64,000 nucleotides of DNA from Candidatus Marinacidobacterium sp. GTDB lineage: Bacteria > Acidobacteriota > Vicinamibacteria > Marinacidobacterales > Marinacidobacteraceae. The translations under genes were made by a program, and so were the position numbers. The stretch is taken from NCBI GenBank assembly GCA_965220965.1, contig CBDCRI010000001.1, positions 64,001 to 128,000 on the forward strand, in the 5' to 3' direction. The notes below the pieces were generated by a model that had not been told where the DNA came from, did not search any database, and saw only the letters and a list, made by a program, of their open reading frames with translations. Of the stretch, positions 27,620-37,498 are shown one piece after another. The stretch's first letter is position 1, and every line of letters starts with the position of its first letter.

Positions 27620-29389
27620 ATGCCCGACCCAGTCCCTCTCAACCGCCTCGGCGAGCCGATGGCCCCCGGCGAGGCCGACGCCTACTGGAACCGGCGCCGG
27701 CTGCCGAAGCTCGCCCACATCGAGCGCACCTTCGTGGCCTCCGGCAAGCTGGCGGAGGCCGACTGGCACCAGGTGCTGCTCCACGACCACACCCCCAAGG
27801 GCCAGCACTGCCTGTGGCTGGTGACGCGCATCGTCCGCGGGGCGCTGGCGGCGGACGGCCTCGAGCCGGTGGCCGCCCACCTGGCGCTGTTCCTGGAGCA
27901 CAAGCGCGAGCTGCCCGCCGAGCACCGCGACCTGATGCGCTGCCGCGACCCCCAGGCGCTGGAGGCGCTGGTCGCCCCCTTCGCCGGACGGGCGCCCAGG
28001 CTGTCGAAGAAGCAGCGCAAGCGCCAGGAGCGCGACCAGCTGGCCGAGGACATGCCGCTGGTCTACGAGGACGGCCTGTGCCGCATCCACTGGGCGCGGA
28101 CCGTGGTCGGGGCGCGCCACCTCGGCCGGCAGACCCGGTGGTGCACGGCGTCGGAGCGGGGCAGCGGGTTCTTCCGGGACTACGACGCCACCGGCGACCT
28201 GCTGGTGGTCACCCCCAAGCGGGCCGTGCGCCACCACGAGAAGTACCAGTACCACTGGAGCTACGGCGCCTTCCACGAGCGCGACGCCGGCGACGCCTCG
28301 TTCGCGCAGCGCTTCCCGGACGCCTGGGCGCACCTGGAGTCGCGGCCGCTGTCCTCGTTCGGCAAGGTGGCCAAGCGGTACTGGGGCCATCGCCCCATCC
28401 GGGAGGACGACGTCGCGGGCATCGTGCGGCGCAACGGGGGCGCCCCGCTCGACGACGGGCAGTGGCTGCGGCTGATCCGCGCCAACGACGCCTTCATCGA
28501 CCACCGCGAGGATCCGACCGCCGCCATGGTGGCCGTCGCCTGCGAGGCCAATCCGGATCGCCTGCTGCGCTACGAGGACATGCTGCCGGACGCCCGGATC
28601 GCCGAGATCGTCGCCAAGCGTCCCGTGCTGCTGCGCACCGTCAGGCGCTCGTTCCTGACCGAGGGGAACCTCGCCGCGGTGCTCGACGCCAACCCCCACG
28701 CGCTCGCCCACCTCGACCCGGCGCAGGTCACGGAGCGCATCGCCCTCGCGGCGGTGCGCCGGCAGCCCAGGGCGGTCGCCCTGCTCGGCCCGGAGAGGCA
28801 GACGCCGGCGGTGCAGCTGGCGGTCGTGGCGGCCGAGCCGCAGGCCGTCGAGGACCTCGCCGCCCCCACGGCCGCGGCGCAGCGCGTTGCGGTGGGCGCC
28901 GACCCGAACGCCATCCTCCGCATCGCGGACCCCGACCGGGCGCTGGTGGAGGCGTACCTGGAGCGCGCCGGCGCCGACCTCGACGCCTTCGAGCGGCTGC
29001 CGCTGGCGCAGCGTCAGCTGTGCGCGGACTGGGCCCTGGACCGGTTCGCGCGGCAGCTCGGAACCCGCGCCGCCGCCGGCCTCGACGGGCTGCCCGACCG
29101 CATGGCGGAGGGCCCGGGCTCGGAGGCGGCGGCCGACCGGCTGGAGGCGGCGCTGGCCGAGCAGGTGCGCATCAACGTCCGCGCCGCCAAGCGCATGGGC
29201 AAGGTCGCCGGACCCTACATCGCCGCCAACGGCGGGCTCGACGACGTCTACGAGGTCATCGACCGGCTCGCCAACGGCGAGGTCGCCGAGGCGCGCGCCT
29301 TCGCCGAGGGCTCGCCCTGGATCGCCATGCCCGCCGGGCCCGCCACGGCCCCCGAGCCGGCCGCCGGCCCCGGCCTCGCCGCCGGATGA
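27620..29389 (+). CDS. WCTA-motif domain plus DUF4116-like helical repeats
   Basis: AGGAGG RBS; TATAAT at 27562-27567. G..TRWCTA..FFRDY..GDL..KYQYH, then repeats such as LAAVRRQPRAVALL and VAVGADPNAILRI. Confidence 0.75.
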   Translation: MPDPVPLNRLGEPMAPGEADAYWNRRRLPKLAHIERTFVASGKLAEADWHQVLLHDHTPKGQHCLWLVTRIVRGALAADGLEPVAAHLALFLEHKRELPAEHRDLMRCRDPQALEALVAPFAGRAPRLSKKQRKRQERDQLAEDMPLVYEDGLCRIHWARTVVGARHLGRQTRWCTASERGSGFFRDYDATGDLLVVTPKRAVRHHEKYQYHWSYGAFHERDAGDASFAQRFPDAWAHLESRPLSSFGKVAKRYWGHRPIREDDVAGIVRRNGGAPLDDGQWLRLIRANDAFIDHREDPTAAMVAVACEANPDRLLRYEDMLPDARIAEIVAKRPVLLRTVRRSFLTEGNLAAVLDANPHALAHLDPAQVTERIALAAVRRQPRAVALLGPERQTPAVQLAVVAAEPQAVEDLAAPTAAAQRVAVGADPNAILRIADPDRALVEAYLERAGADLDAFERLPLAQRQLCADWALDRFARQLGTRAAAGLDGLPDRMAEGPGSEAAADRLEAALAEQVRINVRAAKRMGKVAGPYIAANGGLDDVYEVIDRLANGEVAEARAFAEGSPWIAMPAGPATAPEPAAGPGLAAG

Positions 29390-30270
29390 GGGCGCCGGCC
29401 GGCCCGGTCCGGCCGGCGGCCGCGCCCGCGGCGGCCGCCGCCGCCCTGTTCGCCGCCGCGCTGGCCTTCGGCCAGACGCACCCGTCGGGGCCGGCCCCCG
29501 CGCCCGCCCAGGCCCTGCACCTGTTCGCCGCCGCCACGGCGCTGTCCGGCCTGCTCGCCGGCCCCGAGGCCGCGTTGCGCGACTGGCTGGCGTGGATGGG
29601 CCGGATCGTGGGCGGCGGCCTGCTCGCCGCGCTGGCGCTGCTGTCGGCGGTCCCCGGCGCCGAGGGCGCGGTGCTGCTGCTGCTGCCCGGGCTGGGCGCG
29701 GCCGGCGCCGTGGCGCTGCTCGCCGCGCGCAGCGAGCGCGCCGCCCGCTGGACGGCCGTCGTCGCCGGCCTGCTCTGCGCCGGCCGCGTCATCGACCAGG
29801 CCTTCGGGCTGACCGGGCGGCCGCTGGCCCCGGTCGACGCCTTGGTCCCGGCCCTGGCCCTGGCTCTCGCCCTGGCCCTGTACGCCAGCCACGGCGGCCC
29901 GCCGGAGGCGCCGGGCGGGCGGCCCGCGGACGGCGCCGGGCGGCCGCGCCTGGCGGCCCCGGCGGGCCGGCCCGCGTTGGCCAGGCCCAAGGCCGCGCCG
30001 GGGCGCCGGGGGCCGGCCCTGCTCGCCGGCGCCGCGCTGCTCCTGCTCACCGCGGAGGGCCTTTACAAGCTGCGCCACGCGCTCGCCGCCGAGCCCGGCG
30101 CGCAGGCCGCGGCCGCCGGGCTGGCCGTCTGCGCCCTGGCCGGCGGCTGGACGGCCGCCGCCGCCCTGCGCTTCGGCGGCGGCTGGCGCCGGGCCGTGAG
30201 CCGCCGCCGCTTCCCGTGGGAGTGGCTCTACCTGGCGGCCCTTGTCGGCGTCGCCGCGCCGCTGCGCTGA
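29386..30270 (+). CDS. Multi-pass membrane protein
   Basis: ATGA overlap; about eight hydrophobic segments. Confidence 0.6.
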   Translation: MRAPAGPVRPAAAPAAAAAALFAAALAFGQTHPSGPAPAPAQALHLFAAATALSGLLAGPEAALRDWLAWMGRIVGGGLLAALALLSAVPGAEGAVLLLLPGLGAAGAVALLAARSERAARWTAVVAGLLCAGRVIDQAFGLTGRPLAPVDALVPALALALALALYASHGGPPEAPGGRPADGAGRPRLAAPAGRPALARPKAAPGRRGPALLAGAALLLLTAEGLYKLRHALAAEPGAQAAAAGLAVCALAGGWTAAAALRFGGGWRRAVSRRRFPWEWLYLAALVGVAAPLR

Positions 30271-30288
30271 ACGCCGGCCGCCGCCGCC

Positions 30289-30804
30289 GTGCCCGTCCTG
30301 TTCGCCCCCGGCCTGCCCCTCGAGCGCGCCCTGCCAGGCGGGGCGCGGCCCTGCGACGCCATCGTCAACCCGGTCAACTGCCGGGGCACCGGCAAGCGCT
30401 CCAGGGGCGTCGCGGGGTTGGTGTTCCGGCGCTTTCCGGCGGCCCACGCCGCCTACCTGGCCAGCTGCCGGGCGGGCCGGTTCTTCCCGGGCGCGGTGCA
30501 GGTCGCCGCCACCGGCGAGGCGTCCCTGCCCCACGTCATAAACGCCGCCACCAAGGACCACTGGCGCGACCCCTCGCAGCTGGCCTGGATCGAGGCCATC
30601 GCCGCCAAGCTGCCGGCCGCCTTCGAGCGCGCGGGTGCGGGCCGCGTGGCCATCCCGATGCTGGGGTGCGGGGAGGGCGGCCTCGACTGGGACGCCCAGG
30701 TCGGGCCGGCGCTGCGCGACGCGCTGCAGGGCTGCGGCGCGGTGGCGGTCCTGCTCGGGCCGTCTCCCCGGCCGCGGCCGGCGCCCGCCGCCCGGCCCGG
30801 CTGA
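30289..30804 (+). CDS. Macrodomain protein (DarG/TARG1-like)
   Basis: DAIVNPVNCRG, GVAG.FRRFP, INAATKDHWR.PS.L.WI, IPMLGCGEGGLDW. Confidence 0.88.
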   Translation: MPVLFAPGLPLERALPGGARPCDAIVNPVNCRGTGKRSRGVAGLVFRRFPAAHAAYLASCRAGRFFPGAVQVAATGEASLPHVINAATKDHWRDPSQLAWIEAIAAKLPAAFERAGAGRVAIPMLGCGEGGLDWDAQVGPALRDALQGCGAVAVLLGPSPRPRPAPAARPG

Positions 30805-30811
30805 GCGGCGC

Positions 30812-31723
30812 CTAGGCGGGCACGCGGTCGAGCAGGGCGTCGCGGGCGGCGTTGGCGGCCGACATCCGGCCCGTCCACTTGGCCGCCTCGCCGGGCGGGT
30901 GGCGGTCCGGATGGACGCGCCTGGCGGTGCGCCGCCAGGCCGCCTGCACCTGGCGCCGGCTCAGCCGCTCCGCGCCCTCCAGCCCCAGCGCCCGGCACCA
31001 CGCGCGGTACTCGCCCTCGCCGACGTCGAGCACGTCGTGGTCCTCGGCCTCCCAGGCCCGGAAGTAGGCCCGGCGCCGGGAGATGCGCTCGGACAGCGGC
31101 AAGGCGAAGTTCCAGTAGCGGCGCCAGTCGTCGACCATGTCGCGGCAGAACGAGTGGTCCCCGAACCCCAGGTCCTCCCACGGATCGACAGCGAGCAGCG
31201 CCAGCACCTCGTCGGTGTTCACTGACCAGCCGGGGTCGAACAGCAGGACCAGCTCGGCCGCAATGCGGCGCAGCGCCACGTCGCCGCCGAGGCGCCTCAC
31301 CTCGCGCTCCGCGTCGAAGGGCGTGGGCGTCCCCTCCAGCGACATGCTGTGCAGCAGGCTGCGCCCGGCGTGCAGCTTCTGGGCGCGGGTGACGCCGAGC
31401 GCGGCGCAGACGAACTCCACCTTCTCGGCCTCCAGGCCGGTCGGCATGATCGCGGTGCCGCGCATGCCGTGCCCGGCGAGGCGGAACATCGCCACCAGGG
31501 CGCCGTCCTTGGAGCGGCGCAGCGGCGCGGCGCGCGAGTACAGCGGGCGCACCACCGCGTCGAGGTAGTGCCCGACGGCGAAGCCGGCGACCGCGCCCAG
31601 CGCGCCGCCGACGGCCAGGCCGACGAGGAAGCCGGCGATGCGGGCCGTGTAGTAGTGGCCGCCGGGGATGAACCGGGCGGAGGCCACCCGGTCCGACGGG
31701 TCCGGGCCGCGGCGCGCCGTCAT
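30812..31723 (-). CDS. djlA: DjlA-like membrane-anchored J-domain co-chaperone
   Basis: GFLVG...GAVAGFAVGHYLD TM segment; C-terminal AWRR.ARRVHPDR..ANAARDAL. Confidence 0.75.
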   Translation of the reverse strand: MTARRGPDPSDRVASARFIPGGHYYTARIAGFLVGLAVGGALGAVAGFAVGHYLDAVVRPLYSRAAPLRRSKDGALVAMFRLAGHGMRGTAIMPTGLEAEKVEFVCAALGVTRAQKLHAGRSLLHSMSLEGTPTPFDAEREVRRLGGDVALRRIAAELVLLFDPGWSVNTDEVLALLAVDPWEDLGFGDHSFCRDMVDDWRRYWNFALPLSERISRRRAYFRAWEAEDHDVLDVGEGEYRAWCRALGLEGAERLSRRQVQAAWRRTARRVHPDRHPPGEAAKWTGRMSAANAARDALLDRVPA

Positions 31724-31836
31724 GGCCGGCCGCCCGCCGCCCGCCGGCCGCCGGGGCGCCGGGGACTCGCCATGAGGGGTGCGCCATGCGTGTTCATAGC
31801 CCCCCATTATACCATGGGGGCGCCGCCCCCCCCCGG

Positions 31837-34800
31837 TCAGCCGGCGGCCATGCCCGGCGCCGGCCGGCCGCCGGGGGCCGGCGGCTCCGCGGGCTCCCCC
31901 TGCGAGGCCTCCTCGGCCACCGCCGTCTCCAGCCGGCGGATGCGCGCCAGGCTCTCCTCGCGCTCGGCCGCCTGCGGGAACGGCCGCAGGGCCTCCCGGC
32001 TCGAGCGGCGGCGGGCGCGCTTGGCGTCCTTCACGCTCCCCTCCAGGGACCTGCGCCGCGCCGCGAAGCGCTCGGGCTCGAGCTGCTCCGTGAGCTGCCG
32101 ATGGACCATGCCGGCCATGCGCCCGAGCCGGTACGCGTCGCGGAAGCGGACCTCCGACTCCAGCAGCACCTCCGCGCCCTGCACAATGACCGAGAAGCGC
32201 CGGGGCGGGTCGGCGGCGAGCTCCGCCGCGGCGCCTTCAGGGCGCAGCGCGACCCTGCAGGGCAGGCCGCCCAGGGTCCCCAGCGACCAAGCGCTGGTTG
32301 TCCCGGCCTCGCGCTCCGGCGGGGCGCCCGCCTCGATCTCCGCGGCCAGGGCGCGCAGGCGGTCGCGGAAGCCCTCGAACCCGCCCTCGCCGGGCGCGGG
32401 GCGGGCCGCCTCGTCGGCGGCCAGGCCCTCAAGGCGGCGGCGCACCCCGTCGAGCTCCTTGTCGAAGGCGCGCACGCGCTCCGCGTGCTGCGCCACCCGG
32501 CGCTCGTGCTCGGCCTCGTTGCGGGCGATCACGGCGAGCGTCTTGCGCTCCAGCATCAGGTCGTAGGTCGCCTTGGAGCCGGCGGCGAGCGCCTTGAGCT
32601 CCTCGTAGCCCATGGCGGCCTCCGAGGACAGGTCCTCCATGCTGCGCTCCAGCAGCCGGCCGCGGCGCAGGTCGTCGAGCATCTTCTGCTTCACCTCCAG
32701 GGTCTGCCAGACCTTGGCGTCGGTGGTGCGCTCGCTGGCGTAGCGGACGATCTCCACCTCGAAGCCCGCCACCTGCTCGACCAGCCGGTTGCCGGTCCGC
32801 AGGATGCGCCCGTCGCGCTGCTCCATGTCCGCCGGGCGCCACGGGGCGTCCAGGTGGTGCACGGCGGTGAGGCGCTCCTGCACGTTGACGCCGGTGCCCA
32901 TCTTCGCGGTCGAGCCGACCAGCACGCGCACCCGGCCCTCGCGGCAGGCGTCGAACAGCGCCTGGCGCCGCCCCAGCGTGCCTGCGTCGTGCACGAACGC
33001 CACCTCCGCGGGCGGCACGCCGCGGCGGCACAGCTCCAGCTTGAGGTCGTTGTAGACGTCGTAGGGGCGCTCCGGGTCGTCGAACGGGGAGCCCGCGGCA
33101 AGGAACTCGGCGTCCGGCACCTTCGACTTCGGCACGGCCAGGTCGCAGAACACCAGCTGCAGCCCGCGCTGCGCCTCCCAACGGCGCCACAGGCCGGCGA
33201 TGCGGTCGGCCGCCGCGCGCAGCTTGGTCGGCTCGCCGTCGCCGATGTCGGCGTCGCGGCGGCGCAGGCGCACGCTCAGCGCCAGGTGCCGTCCGTCGTT
33301 GAGCACCGCCAGCACGCTGTCGCCCTCCTCCGGGCCGTCCCCCTCCTTGATGCGGCGCATGCGCTCCGTCAGCGACGCCATCGCGGCGCGCAGCGCCCGG
33401 CTGGGCTTGACGACCGCCATCTCCGGCCGGCCGCCGGCCACCGGGGGGATGTCCCACTGGGCGGCTTGCGCGTCCGCCATGTCGCTGCCCAGGCAGACGT
33501 CGGCGAAGCGCCGGTAGATGCCGGCGATCTCCGGCGTGTTGCGGAACCGCCGCAGCCGCTGGCGCGAGACCAGCCCGGTGCCGGCGTCGTCCACCTCGAT
33601 GTCCTCGGACACCTCGCCGTAGGTCTGCAGCCAGGCGGGGAAGTCCAGGTCGCCGCGCCGCTCCATCCCCTCCGGGTCCATGTAGCGCTGCAGCACCCAC
33701 ATCTCGGCCAGGCTGTTGGCGATCGGCGTGCCGCTGGCGAACACCGTCTTGCCCTGCGGGTGGGTCGCGTGCAGCGAGTCCGTGCATCGGAGCAGGAAGT
33801 CCGCCGCCTGCGCGCCCTGCGCCGAGAGCCCCGGCAGCCGGCGCGTGAAGCCGGGCAGGCTGATGGCCTTGAAGACGTGCGCCTCGTCCACGCAGAGCAC
33901 GTCGAACCCCAGCGCGGCGGGGTCGCAGCCGGCCCGGCGCAGCCGCAGAAGCCCGCTGTGCGGGAACACCGCCAGGTCCCAGCGGCCCTCCATCCGCGCC
34001 ACCGTGCGGTTCAGGTGCCCCGGCGCCAGGTCCGCCGGGGCGACGCGGAGCACCCGCGCCTCGGGGTAGAGGGCGTGGATCTCGCGCGCCCACTGCGACA
34101 GCAGGTGGTTGGGCACGCAGACCAAGGCCTTGTCGGCGATTCTGGCGTGCTGCGCGGAGCGGATGCCGGCCAGCGAGGCGAAGGTCTTGCCGGCCCCGAC
34201 CACGTGGTCGAGCAGCGTGCGCCGGTCGTGCAGGATGCGCGCCGCCGCCCGGCGCTGGTTCCAGCGCAGCTCCACGTCGCCGCTGGCGCCCGGGCAGCGC
34301 AGCAGCGCGCCGTCGTGCTCCCGGTGCCGGTAGCCGCCGTAGCGGCGGTTGTAGACCTCCTCCAGCACCTGGCGGCGCCCGGGGTCGCGCGGCACCCAGT
34401 CGCGGAACTCCCCCAGGATGCGGTCGCGCCGCTCCCGCGCCGACACGGTCGCCACCGGGTCGAGCACGTAGCGCCACTCGGACTGCCCCTCCTCGCCGAA
34501 GCGCGGGTTGGGCACGCGCTTGTTGACGGTGACGTCGCGGCCCTCCAGGCAGGCCTTCATGATCCGCACCGCGGTCATGCGGCCGATCCCGTAGTCCACG
34601 CGGTTGAGCGTTGCGAACTCCGCCCGGTCGCGCGGGCGGCCGACGGCGATGTCGCACTGGCGCGGCCGGCCCCGCCAGGTCAGCTTGGCGGCCGGGCTGG
34701 CCGGGGCGCCCAGCAGCAGGTGGTCGATGAACCGCTCGTGGATCGCGTCCGGCACCCAGGCGGCGCCGAAGGCGACGCTGATGGACTCGAACGGGATGCG

Positions 34801-37158
34801 CTCCGGCCGGGCGCGGTCGAGCGCCGCCAGTGAGGCGCGCAGCCGCCCGGCGCGCGCGCGCCCCTTGCGGGTGGCCGCCTCCGGCCCGCCCTCCAGGGCC
34901 GCCAGCGCGTTGCGCACGGCCTCGCGCCGGCCCTCCACGTCGCCGGACAGGAACGCCTCGCGGTGCGCCAGCCCGCCGTCCGGGCCAACGAAGCAGGCGC
35001 CCGCCTCCAGCGCCGCGGCGCAGAAGCCGCGCACCGACAGCCCGGTGGCCCTGGCGCACCAGCCGAGGTCGAGGCCGCCGCGCTCCGCCAGCGAGCGGTC
35101 CGCCGCCTCCTCCGGCGCCATCGGCCCCGGCAGCGGCGCCGGCGGGAACAGCAGGCGCCGCTCCAGCAGCGGCGAGCGCCACTCCCGGCCCATCTGCACG
35201 CCCTGCAGGGACAGGATGAGGTGGCCGTCCGGGTGGCCGGCCAGCAGGCGGCCGTTGCGCGGCGAGTCGATGCCCTGGGCGCTGCGGTGGGCGCCCAGGT
35301 GCTCCTCCACCGCGCCCCGCAGCCGGTCGCGCGCCTCTGCGATGTCGGCGGCCGGGGCGTCCGTCCCCTCCATGTCAAGCAGGGCGCGGGCCTGGCGCCC
35401 AAGCGCGGCCAGGCTGTCGCGGACGGCCCGTTCGGAGGCGGCGGGCGGCCGGTTCGGGTCGGGCGCCGGCCCGGGCTCCGGCGCCGGCGGACCGGGCTCG
35501 GCGTCGTGCGCCGCGGCGGCGTCCCTGGCGAAGGTCTCCAGCGAGCGGTGCTCCACCGCCAGCCTGTCCGCCACGCCGTCGGCGGCCGCCAGCGGGGCGG
35601 AGAAGGGCCGCGCGTTGGGCTCCGCCCGGCGCCGCAGGCGCACCGCGTGCAGGGCGCGGTTGGGCGCCTCCGGATCAGCCAGGCGGTGCCTGCGGTCGCC
35701 GCCGGCCCAGTCGCTGACGCGGGCCAGCCGCGCGCGCAGCGCCAGGCCGGTCCGGCTCCAGAAGTCGTCGCCGACCAAGGCCACGCACTCCGCCCCCGGG
35801 GGGAGGGCGGCGACCGCCTGCCGCAGGCAGGCGTGGCCCGTCGGGACGTGGCGCAGCTCGCCCTCCACCGGCAGGCTCGGGGCGTCGGCGACGAAGGCTC
35901 CGACGAACCCGGGCAGCGCCTCGCCGGGCGCGCCGAGCAGCCGCGGGCGCTCCGCGGCGGGGGACAGCAGACGGCCGATCTCGGCCTGGGCCGGATCGAG
36001 TGTCACCTGCGGCCCAGCGCCGCCCGGGACGTTGAGCCGCGCGGTCCCGTCCGGCATCCGCCCGGCGACGGCGGCGCCCGCCGCCGCCCAGCCCGCGGCG
36101 CGGTCCGGGTCGAACTCGGCCAGGTGCTCGAACAGCACCCAGTCGTCGTTGCGCGCCAGCTCCCGCAGGCGCGCCATCGAGGCCTTGACGGCGCCGCCGT
36201 CGGAAGGGTCGTCGGCCATGCCCTCGTGGACGTCGAAGGCGGCGGCCAGCCCCGTCCAGCCGCTGTAGCCGGCGAGCACGGCGCGGTCGCCCTCGGACAG
36301 CGGGGCGGGGTCGAGCAGGCGCTCCAGAGCGGCGACGTTGGCCGCCACGCGGGCGGCGAGGCCCTCGGGCGCGGGCGCCTCGGCCGCGGGCGCCCCAGGC
36401 GCCGGGCCTAGCGGCTCCCGTCCGGGGGTCCGCCAAGGAAGTCGAGCGCCTCCTTGGCCTCCTCCAGAATCGACAGCACCCGCGTCCCCCACGGTCGCCG
36501 GCCCCCCCGCATGTGGCGCTCCTGGATGGCCAGCATCTCGCGCAGCAGCGGCGCCGTCAGCGCCACCGGCGGGTCCATGTCCTGCGTCAGCATCACGTAG
36601 AGCTCGGTGATCAGCAGCTCCTCGGCCTGGTCCAGCAGCGAGCCGCCGGCGTTGCTTTGCGATGGCATCGAGGTCCTCCTTCAGCCAGTCCTGGGTGAGC
36701 CGGCCCTCCAGGTCCCCCTCGCCCAGGGCGGCCAGCAGGCCCTCGACGGAGCCGGCGCGCCGGCAGGCCTCGTCCATCCAGACGCGGAACTCGCCGCGGC
36801 TGCGGCAGGCCGGCGGCGGCCCGAGGTCGTCCCCGCCCGAGAACAGGCCGTGGCGCAGGGCGTCCTCCTCGTCGAAGAACAGCGGCCCGTCGAGCTCGAA
36901 CAGCCCGGCCTCGTCGGGCGCCTCCTCGAGGAACTCCGGGGCGCCGCCGCCAAGGCGCAGCCACAGCGGGTTGCGGCTGCCGTAGCGCCGCCGGCTGGCG
37001 CCCAGGTGGGCCTCGAGGGCCTGCACCGCGGCCAGCGAGTCGAACGGGGCCTCGCCGCGCCGAGCCTGCGCCACCGGGTGCGTGACGCAGGCGACCACGC
37101 CGCCGATCTCCGCCGAGTCCGTCCCCTGCCTGCGGGTCCGGAAGAACCTGCATCCCAT
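31837..37158 (-). CDS. DarB-like SNF2-family helicase with a degenerate N6-methyltransferase region
   Basis: ANVAAL..YSGWTGL, HVVGAGKT, VDEAH, SGTPIANSLAEM, QLVFCD, GSTAKMGTGVNVQ, DAPWRPADMEQRDGR. Confidence 0.9.
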   Translation of the reverse strand: MGCRFFRTRRQGTDSAEIGGVVACVTHPVAQARRGEAPFDSLAAVQALEAHLGASRRRYGSRNPLWLRLGGGAPEFLEEAPDEAGLFELDGPLFFDEEDALRHGLFSGGDDLGPPPACRSRGEFRVWMDEACRRAGSVEGLLAALGEGDLEGRLTQDWLKEDLDAIAKQRRRLAAGPGRGAADHRALRDADAGHGPAGGADGAAAARDAGHPGAPHAGGPATVGDAGAVDSGGGQGGARLPWRTPGREPLGPAPGAPAAEAPAPEGLAARVAANVAALERLLDPAPLSEGDRAVLAGYSGWTGLAAAFDVHEGMADDPSDGGAVKASMARLRELARNDDWVLFEHLAEFDPDRAAGWAAAGAAVAGRMPDGTARLNVPGGAGPQVTLDPAQAEIGRLLSPAAERPRLLGAPGEALPGFVGAFVADAPSLPVEGELRHVPTGHACLRQAVAALPPGAECVALVGDDFWSRTGLALRARLARVSDWAGGDRRHRLADPEAPNRALHAVRLRRRAEPNARPFSAPLAAADGVADRLAVEHRSLETFARDAAAAHDAEPGPPAPEPGPAPDPNRPPAASERAVRDSLAALGRQARALLDMEGTDAPAADIAEARDRLRGAVEEHLGAHRSAQGIDSPRNGRLLAGHPDGHLILSLQGVQMGREWRSPLLERRLLFPPAPLPGPMAPEEAADRSLAERGGLDLGWCARATGLSVRGFCAAALEAGACFVGPDGGLAHREAFLSGDVEGRREAVRNALAALEGGPEAATRKGRARAGRLRASLAALDRARPERIPFESISVAFGAAWVPDAIHERFIDHLLLGAPASPAAKLTWRGRPRQCDIAVGRPRDRAEFATLNRVDYGIGRMTAVRIMKACLEGRDVTVNKRVPNPRFGEEGQSEWRYVLDPVATVSARERRDRILGEFRDWVPRDPGRRQVLEEVYNRRYGGYRHREHDGALLRCPGASGDVELRWNQRRAAARILHDRRTLLDHVVGAGKTFASLAGIRSAQHARIADKALVCVPNHLLSQWAREIHALYPEARVLRVAPADLAPGHLNRTVARMEGRWDLAVFPHSGLLRLRRAGCDPAALGFDVLCVDEAHVFKAISLPGFTRRLPGLSAQGAQAADFLLRCTDSLHATHPQGKTVFASGTPIANSLAEMWVLQRYMDPEGMERRGDLDFPAWLQTYGEVSEDIEVDDAGTGLVSRQRLRRFRNTPEIAGIYRRFADVCLGSDMADAQAAQWDIPPVAGGRPEMAVVKPSRALRAAMASLTERMRRIKEGDGPEEGDSVLAVLNDGRHLALSVRLRRRDADIGDGEPTKLRAAADRIAGLWRRWEAQRGLQLVFCDLAVPKSKVPDAEFLAAGSPFDDPERPYDVYNDLKLELCRRGVPPAEVAFVHDAGTLGRRQALFDACREGRVRVLVGSTAKMGTGVNVQERLTAVHHLDAPWRPADMEQRDGRILRTGNRLVEQVAGFEVEIVRYASERTTDAKVWQTLEVKQKMLDDLRRGRLLERSMEDLSSEAAMGYEELKALAAGSKATYDLMLERKTLAVIARNEAEHERRVAQHAERVRAFDKELDGVRRRLEGLAADEAARPAPGEGGFEGFRDRLRALAAEIEAGAPPEREAGTTSAWSLGTLGGLPCRVALRPEGAAAELAADPPRRFSVIVQGAEVLLESEVRFRDAYRLGRMAGMVHRQLTEQLEPERFAARRRSLEGSVKDAKRARRRSSREALRPFPQAAEREESLARIRRLETAVAEEASQGEPAEPPAPGGRPAPGMAAG
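36408..36668 (-). CDS. 86-aa helical protein nested out of frame inside the helicase ORF
   Basis: AAGGAGG-6nt-ATG; strongly GC3-biased codons in this frame. Confidence 0.65.
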   Translation of the reverse strand: MPSQSNAGGSLLDQAEELLITELYVMLTQDMDPPVALTAPLLREMLAIQERHMRGGRRPWGTRVLSILEEAKEALDFLGGPPDGSR

Positions 37159-37234
37159 GCGCTGCCCCCATGCGGTGTTGCTTCGCCGGGGATTATAGGA
37201 ACCCGCCCGCCAGGCAGGCCTGCGCGCCGCGGGA

Positions 37235-37498
37235 TCAAAACCGCCGGTCGCGCTGGCGGTAGGGGCTGCGCACGTGGCGCGGGTTGCTCGCCGCCAAGTG
37301 GCGCAGCCCGCGCAGGATGGCGGATGGCGGGTAGCCGTGCCGGGCGAGCAGCGTCAGGACGACGGCGACGGCCGCCAGCACGGCCAGCGTCCAAGCCCTT
37401 GGATGCAGGAGGAAGGCCATGAACGGGAAGGTCGCGGAGGCGTCGACGAAGAAGAACTTGAGGGGCCGGCTGGCTTGGTTGTGGGCGGCGGCGCTCAT
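37235..37498 (-). CDS. icmT: IcmT/TraK-family protein
   Basis: SRPLKFFFVDA.A.FPF..FLLH.R.WT...HGY....LR.LR. Confidence 0.85.
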   Translation of the reverse strand: MSAAAHNQASRPLKFFFVDASATFPFMAFLLHPRAWTLAVLAAVAVVLTLLARHGYPPSAILRGLRHLAASNPRHVRSPYRQRDRRF

